Source: Patescibacteria group bacterium (lineage in GTDB: Bacteria; Patescibacteriota; Microgenomatia; 2-02-FULL-39-11). Taken from it: a DNA stretch of 64,000 nucleotides. Positions 44,077 through 53,923 of the stretch are shown here, piece after piece. Location: positions 200-64,199 of the forward strand of contig JAMCUI010000010.1 of assembly GCA_023379265.1 (NCBI GenBank), written 5' to 3'. Numbering within the stretch: position 1 is the stretch's first letter; each line of letters starts with the position of its first letter. The notes under the pieces were generated by a model that searched no databases, was not told the DNA's origin, and saw only the letters and a program-made list of their open reading frames with translations. A program made the translations under genes and the position numbers.

Positions 44077-45075
44077 TCAAAAGTAGGTAAACCAGTATTT
44101 ACCGATTATCAATCTTTCAGGTACAAACCCGAAGTTGCGGCTGTCAATACTTACAGTCCGATTGTCTGCAAGGACAAAGTATGAGCCGGTGGGGACACGC
44201 ATGTCGATATTTGTAGGAACAAAGCCACCTGGCACCGTATTTGTTACCATGCTGGTGGGAATATACGGCTCATTTAGTTGTATATCGTTTATATATACTT
44301 TCCCAAAAACAATTTTAACCTTTTCTTGGGGTAGTGCGATTATTCTCCTGATATAAACATTTTGTATATCCTGGGGTACCCTGAAAAGGATAATATCGCC
44401 TCTTTTAGGGTGTTGCCACTGATAACTGAATTTCTGGGTCAGTATGTAGTTTCCGCTTGTGACTGTCGGAGCCATAGAGTCTCCGACCACCTTAAATGGT
44501 GAACCTACCATAAGGTTTAGTAGAATGACTACAGGTGACAATATAAAAGCAAACCCCCAGACAAGGAAAAAGAATATGAAGACCATCAATGACTTTTTGG
44601 AAGAATAAGGAGACGTGTCATGCAGGACTTTTCCAGTTTTGTCCACTTTTACGACTAGAGTACCGGCAATTGTATCATGCCAGCCTTGCCTTTTTTTATT
44701 GATAAGTACCCACAAATACCCAAGCTCAAAAACCAATTCGCTTATCCATTTCCCCACGGTTTCTCTTATTACTGCATGAGTGAAATTCACCTTGCCGTAA
44801 TTTACCGTTACCACTTTCAGCCGCATCATTTTTTTACCTATCGTGGCTCCGTCTTTGGCAATAAACAATATATTGTAACCATAAATAAGAATAACCTGTA
44901 GGATGATAGAGATGATATTTCTGGATGGAAAGCTCGTCAGTGTCAAAACCAAATATTGGATTAAAAGAAGAGGGATAAGAAGTACAGCCTCATCAATCAT
45001 AAAGGCTGTTAACCGCTCAACTAATGTTCCTTTGACATAAGCTTCGTGTGCAGCCGAAGCTTCTTTTTTGGGCAT
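44077..45075 (-). CDS. lepB: Fusion of an N-terminal RDD-family membrane domain with signal peptidase I (S26)
   Basis: N-terminal RDD-like region (ERLTAFMIDEAVLLIPLLLIQYLVL). C-terminal SPase I boxes: GDSMAPT (Ser box), GDIILFR, RRIIALPQEKV (Lys box), and GSYFVLADNRTVSIDSRNFGFV. Confidence 0.7.
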   Translation of the reverse strand: MPKKEASAAHEAYVKGTLVERLTAFMIDEAVLLIPLLLIQYLVLTLTSFPSRNIISIILQVILIYGYNILFIAKDGATIGKKMMRLKVVTVNYGKVNFTHAVIRETVGKWISELVFELGYLWVLINKKRQGWHDTIAGTLVVKVDKTGKVLHDTSPYSSKKSLMVFIFFFLVWGFAFILSPVVILLNLMVGSPFKVVGDSMAPTVTSGNYILTQKFSYQWQHPKRGDIILFRVPQDIQNVYIRRIIALPQEKVKIVFGKVYINDIQLNEPYIPTSMVTNTVPGGFVPTNIDMRVPTGSYFVLADNRTVSIDSRNFGFVPERLIIGKYWFTYF

Positions 45076-45289
45076 AGTAAATCCTTTTCCTGTTGCCTGA
45101 TTTCAGGATAACAGGCAAAGTCAGATGGAGTCAATACCATGTTAAGATACACATTGAAGTGATATTCACGAGAATAGGGAATAAGAGGAGAGTCTAAGCG
45201 AATCTCTTTAAAAAATCTAAGTAATGTTTAGGACATTAAAAGGAATTGACTCCCATTGAGTTCACATACTTCCTCTGATATATTTATAC

Positions 45290-45319
45290 TATAGACCACG
45301 GAAGGTCTATATTTTTTTC
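45290..45319 (+). promoter_or_regulatory. Start-proximal SD-sequestering hairpin plus U7 run immediately upstream of the MFS transporter ATG
   Basis: tatagacc-acgga-aggtctata forms an 8-9 bp stem containing GGAAGG, followed by ttttttt-ctc-ATG. Confidence 0.35.
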
Positions 45320-45321
45320 TC

Positions 45322-46500
45322 ATGAAATTCGTCAAATCGCCTAAATTTCTTATTTTTCTTATTGTCTTTGTCAATTTCCTGGGTTACGGGATTGTTTTTC
45401 CTGTATTGCCTCTCATGACCGAGAAATACGGAGGAGATCCATTGATTTCTGGACTTCTTATAGGTGTTTTTTCCCTGATGCAACTGGTGGCTACTCCCGT
45501 ACTGGGTAAGCTTTCGGACCGCTTTGGCCGCCGGCCACTGCTTCTTTATTCTCTTTGGGGAACTGTCGCCTCATTTGCCATCATGGGGTGGACACATTCC
45601 ATTTTCTGGTTGATGGTAGCCAGGGTAATTGACGGAATTTCCGGAGGAAACGTTTCCATCGCCCAGGCTTATATGGCGGATGTTTCGGATAAGAAGGAAA
45701 GGGCTGGCGCGATGGGAGTTCTTACTGCAGGAATCTCATCTGGATTTATACTGGGGCCGATATGGGGTGGTCTTTTTTCCGGCATATCACTTTCTGCTCC
45801 ATTCTTGGCCGCTGCCGGTATTACGTTGGTCAGCGTACTACTGACCCAGTTCTTTCTTCCGGAATCAGAATCGGTAAAAGAAATGGAATACGAGAAAAAA
45901 TATTTCAGTTTCAAAAGCCTTATCCTGGATATGGAGAACAGGCCCATGCTGGTTTTTTTCTTTATCTATATGTTCATTTTCTGGGCTCAGTCCGGGGTTT
46001 TTACCACCATGTCGCTTTTTGGGAAGGATATTCTGAATATATCAGTCGAACAGGTAAGTTTTATTTTCGCCCTGGGAGGAATCGTTTCCACTTTTATACA
46101 GGGCTTTGGTGTGTCCAGACTAGTGAAGAAATTTGAGGAGAAAAAGCTTCTCATAATAAGCATTGTTGCCGCGACCGCCGGATTTGCTGTTATGTCATTT
46201 GCGGGAAGCATGATTTTGTTTATCATTGGCGTGACCGTATACAACATCGGAGGAAGCCTTATTGTGCCTGTGGTAAATGCTTTGGTTTCCGAAAAATCCC
46301 CGGCGCATGATCAGGGCGGCAATCTGGGTTTATTGCAGAGTTTCGGATCAATGGGAAGGTTATTCGGGCCCGTAGCCGCGGGTTTTGTTTATGAGAAAGT
46401 AAACCCTTTTTTCCCGGCCATTATGGGAACTTTTGTAATGATTACTATGTTGTTTCTTTCCTGGCAGTCATTATCCACTGATAAACTCAAAACAGGTTAA
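45322..46500 (+). CDS. Major facilitator superfamily transporter
   Basis: 12 TM helices. MFS signature GKLSDRFGRRPLLL between TM2 and TM3. 392 aa. Confidence 0.8.
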   Translation: MKFVKSPKFLIFLIVFVNFLGYGIVFPVLPLMTEKYGGDPLISGLLIGVFSLMQLVATPVLGKLSDRFGRRPLLLYSLWGTVASFAIMGWTHSIFWLMVARVIDGISGGNVSIAQAYMADVSDKKERAGAMGVLTAGISSGFILGPIWGGLFSGISLSAPFLAAAGITLVSVLLTQFFLPESESVKEMEYEKKYFSFKSLILDMENRPMLVFFFIYMFIFWAQSGVFTTMSLFGKDILNISVEQVSFIFALGGIVSTFIQGFGVSRLVKKFEEKKLLIISIVAATAGFAVMSFAGSMILFIIGVTVYNIGGSLIVPVVNALVSEKSPAHDQGGNLGLLQSFGSMGRLFGPVAAGFVYEKVNPFFPAIMGTFVMITMLFLSWQSLSTDKLKTG

Positions 46501-48030
46501 TTAAACCGTATTTCCCCTTAATCTGCCTTTTGCAACCGATTCAATTCTGACTTCTTCAATAATGTCTCCGGTTTCTTTGTCAGATTTGATATCTACCGGA
46601 ATCTGATTATTGAGAAGACCTTGCCGGTATCCTTTGGACGCTTTGTCAATCAGTAAGACAGGAAAGACAAGACCTATATGTTTTTCCAGAAACATTTGAT
46701 ATTTTCTTTGTGACAGTTCAATAAGCGCTTTTACCCTTTTCTTTTTCTGAGCCGGAGTAGGTTCACTTAGCCTTTTGGCCATAAAATAGGCTGCAGTTTT
46801 TTCTCTCCTGTTAAATCTGAAAACGTGGAATTTTGAAATTGGGGTTTTGGATAGAAAGTTATAAGTATCTTCAAAATCGCGGTCTGTCTCCTCAAGAAAT
46901 CCGGCAATAATATCCGTGCCGATAAAAGTCATAGGATGTATTTTTTCCAGAGTTTTGAGCTTTTCCATGAATTCCTCCCGCGTATAGCCGCGTTTCATGT
47001 ATGACAGGATTTTGTTGGATCCTGATTGCAAAGGGATATGGAAAAACTTTACCAGCCTTTCGTGATTTAAGGCCGATTTGTAGAAGCGGAAAAAGTCGTC
47101 ATCTATGCTCCAGGGGTGGATAGAGCCAAAACTAATGCGGGGAATACGAGTTTTGTCGATGATATTGTTCAAAAGATCAATAAAAGACTGGCCTGTGTCA
47201 TATCCATAGGCTTGAGTGTTTATGGCAGTGAGAATGACTTCTTTAATATGCGGGTCCTGTCGCGCAGGTTTCCCAATTCCAGCTTCAAAATCGTCACGAC
47301 TTGGTCGTGACTCAAGGCCGTGAAGCTTTGATTGGGAACCCTCCTTTGCGCCACCCGCGTTTTCTAGATTGGTGAATTTATTTATCGATTTTACAATTTC
47401 GGCGATCCTGCGAGATTTCGGCTGTCCCCGCAGGTAGGGGACTATGCAGAAAGTGCAAAATCTTTGGCAACCGTCCTGGATTTTGACAAGCAACCGGCCG
47501 GAGTTGATAAATTTGTCGCTTATTTGAGGTTTATATCGCGCTTTATAAGCCTCGATACCGGAATTTTCCGACACTCTTGGTTTTTTTTGAACCCTTTTCT
47601 CCTGCCACAAAGTAGTATCTTTGTTGTTTATCCGGCTCTTGGTTGCATTTATGTCGGTCTCCAAACCCGGTATCTCCGGCTGTAAAAGTTTTGAGTTGAG
47701 TAACTGCGAAATATATTCCTTATTGTTGTTATCAATTATCCAATCAACGCCTTCCACTTTTGTATTTTCGTTTATCCACTTGGTGGCGGCACAGCCAGTG
47801 ACGATGATTCTTGTGTTTGGAAGGAGGCGTTTGAGCCGGTAAACCAGTTGTCTTGCCTCACGTTCAGCCTTTGCCGTCACGGCGCAAGTGTTAATAAGGT
47901 ATAAATGAGGATTTTTAGAGTCATAAGAAAAACCGGATGCAAGAAGCTGCCGGTCAAGCATTTCTTTTTCAGCTTGATTCACACGACAGCCGAAAGCGAA
48001 ACTTGCGAATGTTTTATTTTTCTGGATCAT
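46501..48030 (-). CDS. Radical SAM methylthiotransferase, MiaB/RimO-like (with lineage-specific insertions)
   Basis: N-terminal MTTase domain (FGCRVNQAE...INTCAVT), radical SAM motif CQRFCTFCIVP, and a C-terminal TRAM-like region. 509 aa. Confidence 0.7.
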   Translation of the reverse strand: MIQKNKTFASFAFGCRVNQAEKEMLDRQLLASGFSYDSKNPHLYLINTCAVTAKAEREARQLVYRLKRLLPNTRIIVTGCAATKWINENTKVEGVDWIIDNNNKEYISQLLNSKLLQPEIPGLETDINATKSRINNKDTTLWQEKRVQKKPRVSENSGIEAYKARYKPQISDKFINSGRLLVKIQDGCQRFCTFCIVPYLRGQPKSRRIAEIVKSINKFTNLENAGGAKEGSQSKLHGLESRPSRDDFEAGIGKPARQDPHIKEVILTAINTQAYGYDTGQSFIDLLNNIIDKTRIPRISFGSIHPWSIDDDFFRFYKSALNHERLVKFFHIPLQSGSNKILSYMKRGYTREEFMEKLKTLEKIHPMTFIGTDIIAGFLEETDRDFEDTYNFLSKTPISKFHVFRFNRREKTAAYFMAKRLSEPTPAQKKKRVKALIELSQRKYQMFLEKHIGLVFPVLLIDKASKGYRQGLLNNQIPVDIKSDKETGDIIEEVRIESVAKGRLRGNTV

Positions 48031-48119
48031 AAATTTAATGGCTCAAAAAAGCTGGAAGGATCTTATATTTTATCATTTTGGTTTAATAGCCACTAGGGTG
48101 CTAAAATACAGCCCAAACT

Positions 48120-49151
48120 ATGCAGAAAGAAGCTTTGATATTCAATGGCTATTCCGGAGACGGTAATGGTAGAGAGAAAGCGATGCAAGTTCAATCCGAA
48201 TTGGGTGATCTGGATATAATAAATTTCTTCGATACACCAGACCGGCCTGAATTATTAGGAGGATATACCAGACACTATGTGTTGGCAGGAGATGCTACTT
48301 TTTCATCTGTATACAGGATGTTAACAAGCGGGAATATACATTTTCCCCAGCCATTTTTATTAGTTCCGTTTCCCGGCGGAGGGGAGCAGGTTATTTCACA
48401 AGTATATGGTTGGAAAAAAAGAACTTCCGAAGATGAAATTACAGATTTACTGGAAAAAATATCGGAAGTGCGAGAAGGGAAAATAAAAGCGGTTAGCCCG
48501 TTGACTGCCTCGGGTAAAAGAGTAGGAGATAATACTGGAGATATTTTATATAAAAAAAGCGTATATCCAGTTTTACCAGCAGAATTTCCTTTCTTATGGA
48601 TACTGGACTCCGGTTTTTCGCCGGATGTCTTAAAAACAGTGGATTTATTGGGTAAGCATGGTTTGGGAAACAGGGGTCGAAGGCTTTTGGGCATGACTAT
48701 TGGTGCTTTGAACAATTTGAGGAAAGGTGAGATGGTAAAGTACGAAAAAAACGGAGAAGTGAATTCTGCAATGGGTATGGGATTGGTGTTACCAAGCGTA
48801 CCGTTATACTCAGCCCATGGCCGGATTGATCGTCAGATAGATTTGGCAAATGTTGATTTAGTTATGATGAGGATCATGCCGGAGAAATTGATTGTTGAGC
48901 GAACCAGATTGGGTGCGTTTGCTACATTTCTGAATGATATGGCAGCTTTTGAATTGGGAAAACCGGCTAAAGGAGGAGCGTTAATCTTTGAGCTAATCCC
49001 AAAAGATGCTAAAGTGACTTTTTCCCCACCAGGAGGTTTGGTCGATTTGGATTCGCTTGTGACATACTCACCACAAGAGTCTGTAATATACGACGGTACT
49101 GATAGATATGGAGATAGGAACGGTTCAGTATTAATTGCCCGAAGAATTTGA
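48120..49151 (+). CDS. Hypothetical protein, possibly diacylglycerol-kinase/NAD-kinase-fold lipid kinase-like
   Basis: ALIFNGYSGDGNG and VLAGDATFSSV weakly resemble DAGK_cat motifs. 343 aa. Confidence 0.3.
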   Translation: MQKEALIFNGYSGDGNGREKAMQVQSELGDLDIINFFDTPDRPELLGGYTRHYVLAGDATFSSVYRMLTSGNIHFPQPFLLVPFPGGGEQVISQVYGWKKRTSEDEITDLLEKISEVREGKIKAVSPLTASGKRVGDNTGDILYKKSVYPVLPAEFPFLWILDSGFSPDVLKTVDLLGKHGLGNRGRRLLGMTIGALNNLRKGEMVKYEKNGEVNSAMGMGLVLPSVPLYSAHGRIDRQIDLANVDLVMMRIMPEKLIVERTRLGAFATFLNDMAAFELGKPAKGGALIFELIPKDAKVTFSPPGGLVDLDSLVTYSPQESVIYDGTDRYGDRNGSVLIARRI

Positions 49152-49202
49152 TATGTGGTATATCCTATAATTTGCATTTTTTGCTCATTTGTGGTATTTT
49201 AG

Positions 49203-49559
49203 ATGGTTAAATCAATGTCAACCAATAGTTTTTCCTATTGGTTGTTTTATTTTTATATGGCAGATAAATCCGTATCATCATTAATGTCGTCAGATCCTTT
49301 GGCCGGATTGCCGGGGGCTTTGCGTCTGGAGATGGAGTCATGGGTGGTAAACAGTGTCAAAGTGAAGATGATTAAAAAACTTGACTTACTCTTGGAGGAT
49401 GAAGGTAGGTCAAATGCAAGAAAACTTTTCCTGGTGCCGATTTTTACAATAAACAGTATGGTCAAAAGAGTGGAAGATAATGCACCTGAGCTAAAAACTT
49501 TATTTTATAAAGAATTGGTGCAAGTGATTAAAGAAGCCGGTGATAAAATATCTGGGTAA
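49203..49559 (+). CDS. Hypothetical small protein (118 aa); its 3' end overlaps the convergent fmt gene
   Basis: ORF only, with no recognised motif. The overlap with fmt makes it uncertain. Confidence 0.2.
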   Translation: MVKSMSTNSFSYWLFYFYMADKSVSSLMSSDPLAGLPGALRLEMESWVVNSVKVKMIKKLDLLLEDEGRSNARKLFLVPIFTINSMVKRVEDNAPELKTLFYKELVQVIKEAGDKISG

Positions 49560-50584
49560 CCCTCTGTAAACTGTTTCCAGGAAACCGTATTTTTACCCTC
49601 TAGCTGTACAAGATCTAAAACTAGTTTGGTGGTGGGTGGCGTGTTGTGTGTGATAGATTCTACATGTGCATGAATGATTTTTAATCTTTTTGTTATTTGT
49701 TGTCTGTTTTCTGTTATTTGAATATTTGTCCACATACCAGGCCAGGGAGAAAGGGCACGGAAAGCATTATAAATAATCGTTGTGGGCTGTAGGCTGTAGG
49801 CGGTAAGTGATAGGTGGCGGGTGGTGAGCAACTTCTGGTTGGTCGTTGGGAAGTTTGAGATAATTTCTCTATATAACGGCCAGGAAAGGAGTTTGGATGG
49901 CTCTGGAGATTGTCCGGATATAGCTGGTTTAATAATTGCATAGGGGATGAAGCCGTCGCCCCTTGTAAAAATTTTGGCATAAGTGGCCTTTGAGTGATCT
50001 TGTTTTTGGGGTATGAGTTTATGGTTGTTGAGGCTGTTTATTATTTCTGGAAGTGATAAACCTACAACATTGAACAGTTTTTTATATAATTCTTCAGTTA
50101 TTTCTTTACCATTTAGCTTAACTTCCTTTTGCCAAAGAATATCTCCTGTATCCATTTTCTCATCCATAAGGATAATAGATATCCAACCTGAATTGTCACC
50201 CCGTAAAATCGTATATTGTACAGGGGAGGCGCCGCGAAAATCAGGCAATTTGGAAAAGTGGATATTCAGAGTTTTCAGGCGGGGGAGAGAAAAAATTTCT
50301 TTAGGGATAATTATTCCATAGTCCGCCACAACGGCAATATCAGATTTTAGTTTGGTGATGTCTTCTTTCAGATTTATGAGTTCCTTTTTATTTGCCGGAG
50401 TGAAAACCGGGATTTTGTGAGTCTGTGAATACTTTTTTACTTCAGTGGGAGTGAGTATCTGCCTTCTTCCGACAGGACTGTCTGGTTTGGTTATAATTGC
50501 TTTCAGCTCAAAATTTCTTTTTAGAGAGTCCAGTATGGGCATGCAGTAGTCTGACGAGCCGAAGAATATAATGCGAATGGGCAT
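49505..50584 (-). CDS. fmt: Methionyl-tRNA formyltransferase
   Basis: The N-terminal formyltransferase domain includes LNIHFSKLPDFRGASPVQYTILRGDNSGWISIILMDEKMDTGDIL. It lies immediately downstream of def. 359 aa, with a low-complexity insertion. Confidence 0.8.
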   Translation of the reverse strand: MPIRIIFFGSSDYCMPILDSLKRNFELKAIITKPDSPVGRRQILTPTEVKKYSQTHKIPVFTPANKKELINLKEDITKLKSDIAVVADYGIIIPKEIFSLPRLKTLNIHFSKLPDFRGASPVQYTILRGDNSGWISIILMDEKMDTGDILWQKEVKLNGKEITEELYKKLFNVVGLSLPEIINSLNNHKLIPQKQDHSKATYAKIFTRGDGFIPYAIIKPAISGQSPEPSKLLSWPLYREIISNFPTTNQKLLTTRHLSLTAYSLQPTTIIYNAFRALSPWPGMWTNIQITENRQQITKRLKIIHAHVESITHNTPPTTKLVLDLVQLEGKNTVSWKQFTEGYPDILSPASLITCTNSL

Positions 50585-50689
50585 AAATTTCTAATTCCTA
50601 ATTTCCAATTTCTAATCAATGTTTAAAGATTTATTCTTAGAAATTAATAATTTGGATTTGATTAAAAATTTGAAATTTAAAATTAAAAA

Positions 50690-51247
50690 TTATAATTCAA
50701 TCTCTACCAATTTTTCCTGGCCTTTTTCGTCTTCTTCTATCCGGTATAGTTTTTCCTTTTGTTCCAAAACCCGTTGGGTGAAAAGGACACCACGCAGGTG
50801 GTCGGTCTCGTGTTGGACAATCGTTGCCATAAAGCCTGAGAAATCCTTTTCGTGGGTTTTTCCCTTGATATCCATATATTTCATTTTGACCCGGCTGGCG
50901 CGCTTCAGATGTCCCCAGACATTGTTTATGGATAGACAGCCTTCAAGTTTTTTTTCATCTTTGAGTGATTTATCCTTTTCTTCCCGTTTTATCTCGCTTT
51001 TTTCCTCTGATGTCCAGGTAATCTCTGGGTTTATAAAGACATCAATTTTGGCATCCTCACGGGGACGTGTGATAAATATGCAAAGAGGAACGCCTATTTG
51101 AGGAGCAGCAAGGCCGACACCCTTAGGATGGTTGGCAGCAACAAGGGTATTCTTCATCTGTTTTATGACTGATAGTACTTTTTTATCAACCCTACCTACC
51201 GGTCGACTGGGGGTGGTAAGTACTGGATTTGGTGTTTGAACAATCAT
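50690..51247 (-). CDS. def: Peptide deformylase
   Basis: Carries the three conserved peptide deformylase motifs: GVGLAAPQIG (motif I), a Cys-containing motif II (EGCLS), and HETDHLRGVLF (motif III). Confidence 0.9.
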   Translation of the reverse strand: MIVQTPNPVLTTPSRPVGRVDKKVLSVIKQMKNTLVAANHPKGVGLAAPQIGVPLCIFITRPREDAKIDVFINPEITWTSEEKSEIKREEKDKSLKDEKKLEGCLSINNVWGHLKRASRVKMKYMDIKGKTHEKDFSGFMATIVQHETDHLRGVLFTQRVLEQKEKLYRIEEDEKGQEKLVEIEL

Positions 51248-51257
51248 ATTCTTGTAC

Positions 51258-53543
51258 TTATTTCAGTTCTTCCAGTTTTTTCTTAGCGTCCGCATCATTT
51301 GGATTGAGATGTTGCAGTATAAACTGCAATGCCTCTCGAGCTTTTTGTTCCTCCTTTTCCTTGTCGTACAGGAAAGCCAGGGCATAGTAAGCGTCACGGT
51401 AATCAGGTTTCAGTTTAGTGGTTGCCACAAGTTCATCAATTCCCTTTTTAGTCTGGCTCATCTTGTCATATAAGAGTCCCATATTATATGTGATTTTGGG
51501 ATCAGTCGGTGAGAGCTGGTGAGATACTTTTAGAGCGTCCATAGCGTCTGCCAGGTATTTCTGGTCAATTTGAGAAAGTACATAGTAAACGCGGGTTTTT
51601 GTTTTCCAGAAATTAACATTGTTTGGAGAAATTGATGTAGCCATGGAACTAGCCAAAATCGCCTGATTTTTGAGTGCTCCCGAATACGTACTGTTTTTAT
51701 TGTCAGCAAAAGCCAAAGCCATCTCGGAAGCAGCAAAGGAAAATTCATCAAAATATAATGGCTCGCCGTTATTGAGGGAAATAGCATCCTTTATATCTGT
51801 GTAGGCAGTGGTAAAGTCTTGGCCTTGGGAAGCGCGGTAGCCGCTGGCAAAGACGGTATCTGCATACCACATGACAGTTAGTGTAAAAACCAAATAAAGG
51901 ACTACTCCCATAACGGTAATGATTCCAGCATACTGGAGAATGGAAAGCTGATTTTCCTCATAAGGCATGGATCGCGCTGTTTTTTTCTTTGTTTTGGTGG
52001 ATGCCGTAGAGGGAAAAAGAAAATATGGAAGTGAGCCGTTTTCACCATAATAATAGATAAATGCCATAGCCGGCATAAGGAAAAGAAGTATTTGCATGAT
52101 GACTACAGAAAAGCCAAAGAAGTTGGTGATAAGAATTGAAAGCCAGCCTGAAAATAATGAAAGGACGATTAGTTGCGTGCTGTGGGCTGTGGGCCCGCCT
52201 GTCGGCGAGGCAGGTTGTGGGTTATTATCCAGTCTCAGACTGGATCCCGCTGAGGCGGGATGAGTCGTGGGTTTATCCTGAGCGGCGTCAACAGCGAAGG
52301 GTTGAATCTTAAAAAGACTCCAAAAGATAAATACTCCCAAAATCAAAAGGTAAGTTCCCAAGCCGAAAGCACCAGTAGTCGCTGCGAAATTCAGGTATTC
52401 GTTATGAGCTTTGTTATAAAGAAAATCCCATTCTGAAGTCATATTGTGTTCAACTGGGCGGAATTTGTAGTAGGAAAAAGCAAAAGTTTCAACCCCGGTA
52501 CCAAAAAGCGGATAATGACGGAATATATCAAGTGCACCTTTCCAAACAATCTCCCTGATCTTGCCTGATCCTGTAATTCCTACCTCTATTATCGAACCGC
52601 CGATCGGTTTTTGGATTTTTGGTAAAGGTTGTTTATGCTCAATTTTAGTTTGGAAAGAAGTGTATAAGTCTGGAAGTGTAAATTTACTCAACTGGTCAAA
52701 AGGGATACCCAATATGAATGTAAAAATGATAAACGACAAATTAAAAATGAGTAAAATCCTGACTGTGGCATGCCGGTATTTTAATTTCAGTAGTAGGATA
52801 AGCCAAAAAATAAAGTTGACTACCCAAAAGGCAATAAACCCCGAGCGGGATTTGGTAAAGATGAGTGCGGCATAAAAAAGGATGGCAACAGAGAGATATT
52901 TCCAAAAAGTCCGGTCAGACAACATGTCTTTAGCTTCTTCCCATATATGGGAGATTTGCTGTAGGCTCAAAGCAAAAGTGATTGGAAGAAGGGCAACTAA
53001 ATAGGCTGCCAGCCAGTTGGGCTGGCCGAGTGTGGAAAAAACCCGATCCTGTACATCCTGGACCCAAAGGTCTTTATCTATGCCAAGATGCTCCAGGACG
53101 CCGTAAAATGCAATTAATATTGCGGAAGCTAATGTTACATAAAGAAGCGTTTTGATTTTTCCCCTTGGGAAATTGGTGACAAAAGCGTAGAAAAGCAGAA
53201 TATAGCTAATTGTTGATAATAGCCCGCCATTGAATCTGCTATAGTAACCCCATAATGAAACGTGTTGGTCTATGGAGAGGATTGTAGATATGGTTTGGCT
53301 TATAAGAAAAAGCAGAATAGGTATGTCAAGAGGCGTACGGGCAATCCTGAGTTTTTTTTCTATAAGCATTTTTGCCATCCAAGCGCCCACGATAATGACG
53401 GTTAACCCATATGTCAACATCATTTTGTTATACTCGAAAAGCTCGTAATTGAGAGGTGAAAGTATTATGGGTACTAAGAAAAACAGCAGGAAAAAAGTAT
53501 AGATGATGATATTGTCGAAAAAGTGTCCAAGAGCTTTTTGCAT
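51258..53543 (-). CDS. O-antigen-ligase-like polytopic membrane protein fused to a C-terminal TPR-repeat domain
   Basis: 761 aa. More than 10 TM helices and a Wzy_C-like loop (TKSRSGFIAFWVVNF). The C-terminus has TPR repeats (YNMGLLYDKMSQ...AYYALAFLYDKEK). Confidence 0.6.
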   Translation of the reverse strand: MQKALGHFFDNIIIYTFFLLFFLVPIILSPLNYELFEYNKMMLTYGLTVIIVGAWMAKMLIEKKLRIARTPLDIPILLFLISQTISTILSIDQHVSLWGYYSRFNGGLLSTISYILLFYAFVTNFPRGKIKTLLYVTLASAILIAFYGVLEHLGIDKDLWVQDVQDRVFSTLGQPNWLAAYLVALLPITFALSLQQISHIWEEAKDMLSDRTFWKYLSVAILFYAALIFTKSRSGFIAFWVVNFIFWLILLLKLKYRHATVRILLIFNLSFIIFTFILGIPFDQLSKFTLPDLYTSFQTKIEHKQPLPKIQKPIGGSIIEVGITGSGKIREIVWKGALDIFRHYPLFGTGVETFAFSYYKFRPVEHNMTSEWDFLYNKAHNEYLNFAATTGAFGLGTYLLILGVFIFWSLFKIQPFAVDAAQDKPTTHPASAGSSLRLDNNPQPASPTGGPTAHSTQLIVLSLFSGWLSILITNFFGFSVVIMQILLFLMPAMAFIYYYGENGSLPYFLFPSTASTKTKKKTARSMPYEENQLSILQYAGIITVMGVVLYLVFTLTVMWYADTVFASGYRASQGQDFTTAYTDIKDAISLNNGEPLYFDEFSFAASEMALAFADNKNSTYSGALKNQAILASSMATSISPNNVNFWKTKTRVYYVLSQIDQKYLADAMDALKVSHQLSPTDPKITYNMGLLYDKMSQTKKGIDELVATTKLKPDYRDAYYALAFLYDKEKEEQKAREALQFILQHLNPNDADAKKKLEELK

Positions 53544-53553
53544 GATGACATTT

Positions 53554-53786
53554 TATACTTCTTGTATTTGAAAATGCAATCAGTATGTATCCTTCTAGAA
53601 CTCATCTCGATATACTCACGTAACTTCGGTTTGCAACTAAGTTACTCAGTATATACCCCTCTAATCCGCTTTTTCTCCCGATTAAATCGGGATGCAAACC
53701 GGAGTAAGATGGGTATATCCTGTTTTTAGCTTCGGATTATATTATTCCTTCAGGCTTGAAAATGAGATTTTGAGATAGCTTCTAAA
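53554..53786 (+). repeat. Composite intergenic repeat, copy A (sub-elements X 53554-53590, M ~53645-53700, Y 53701-53786), between the ligase/TPR gene and mreB
   Basis: X recurs in direct orientation at 62919-62958. M plus the start of Y recurs at 55145-55215. Y recurs, inverted and essentially perfect, at 62959-63047. The element contains hairpins gtaactt...aagttac and cccgatt-aaa-tcggg. Confidence 0.7.
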
Positions 53787-53923
53787 CTGAATTGATCCAT
53801 TGTGTCATATCAAGTTAAAATCCAGTTTCTATCACTTGTTTCATATTCCTTTTTGGTCTGATAAAATAGTGCAAGTAGGCCGTATTTTTATGATTTTGAA
53901 AACGAAAATACGGCGATACATTT

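Noticed and set aside
45076-45321. Riboswitch upstream of the MFS transporter
   Set aside because: Only a single short hairpin next to the start codon is evident. No conserved aptamer-like multi-stem structure could be recognised by eye. It is recorded instead as an SD hairpin.
49203-49559. Confident gene call for the 118-aa ORF
   Set aside because: Its 3' end overlaps the convergent fmt gene by ~55 nt and it has no recognisable motifs. It is kept only as a low-confidence feature.
50619-51101. 160-aa ORF on the plus strand overlapping def
   Set aside because: It is fully antisense to peptide deformylase, which has unmistakable motifs. The translation is low-complexity and Ser/Phe-rich.
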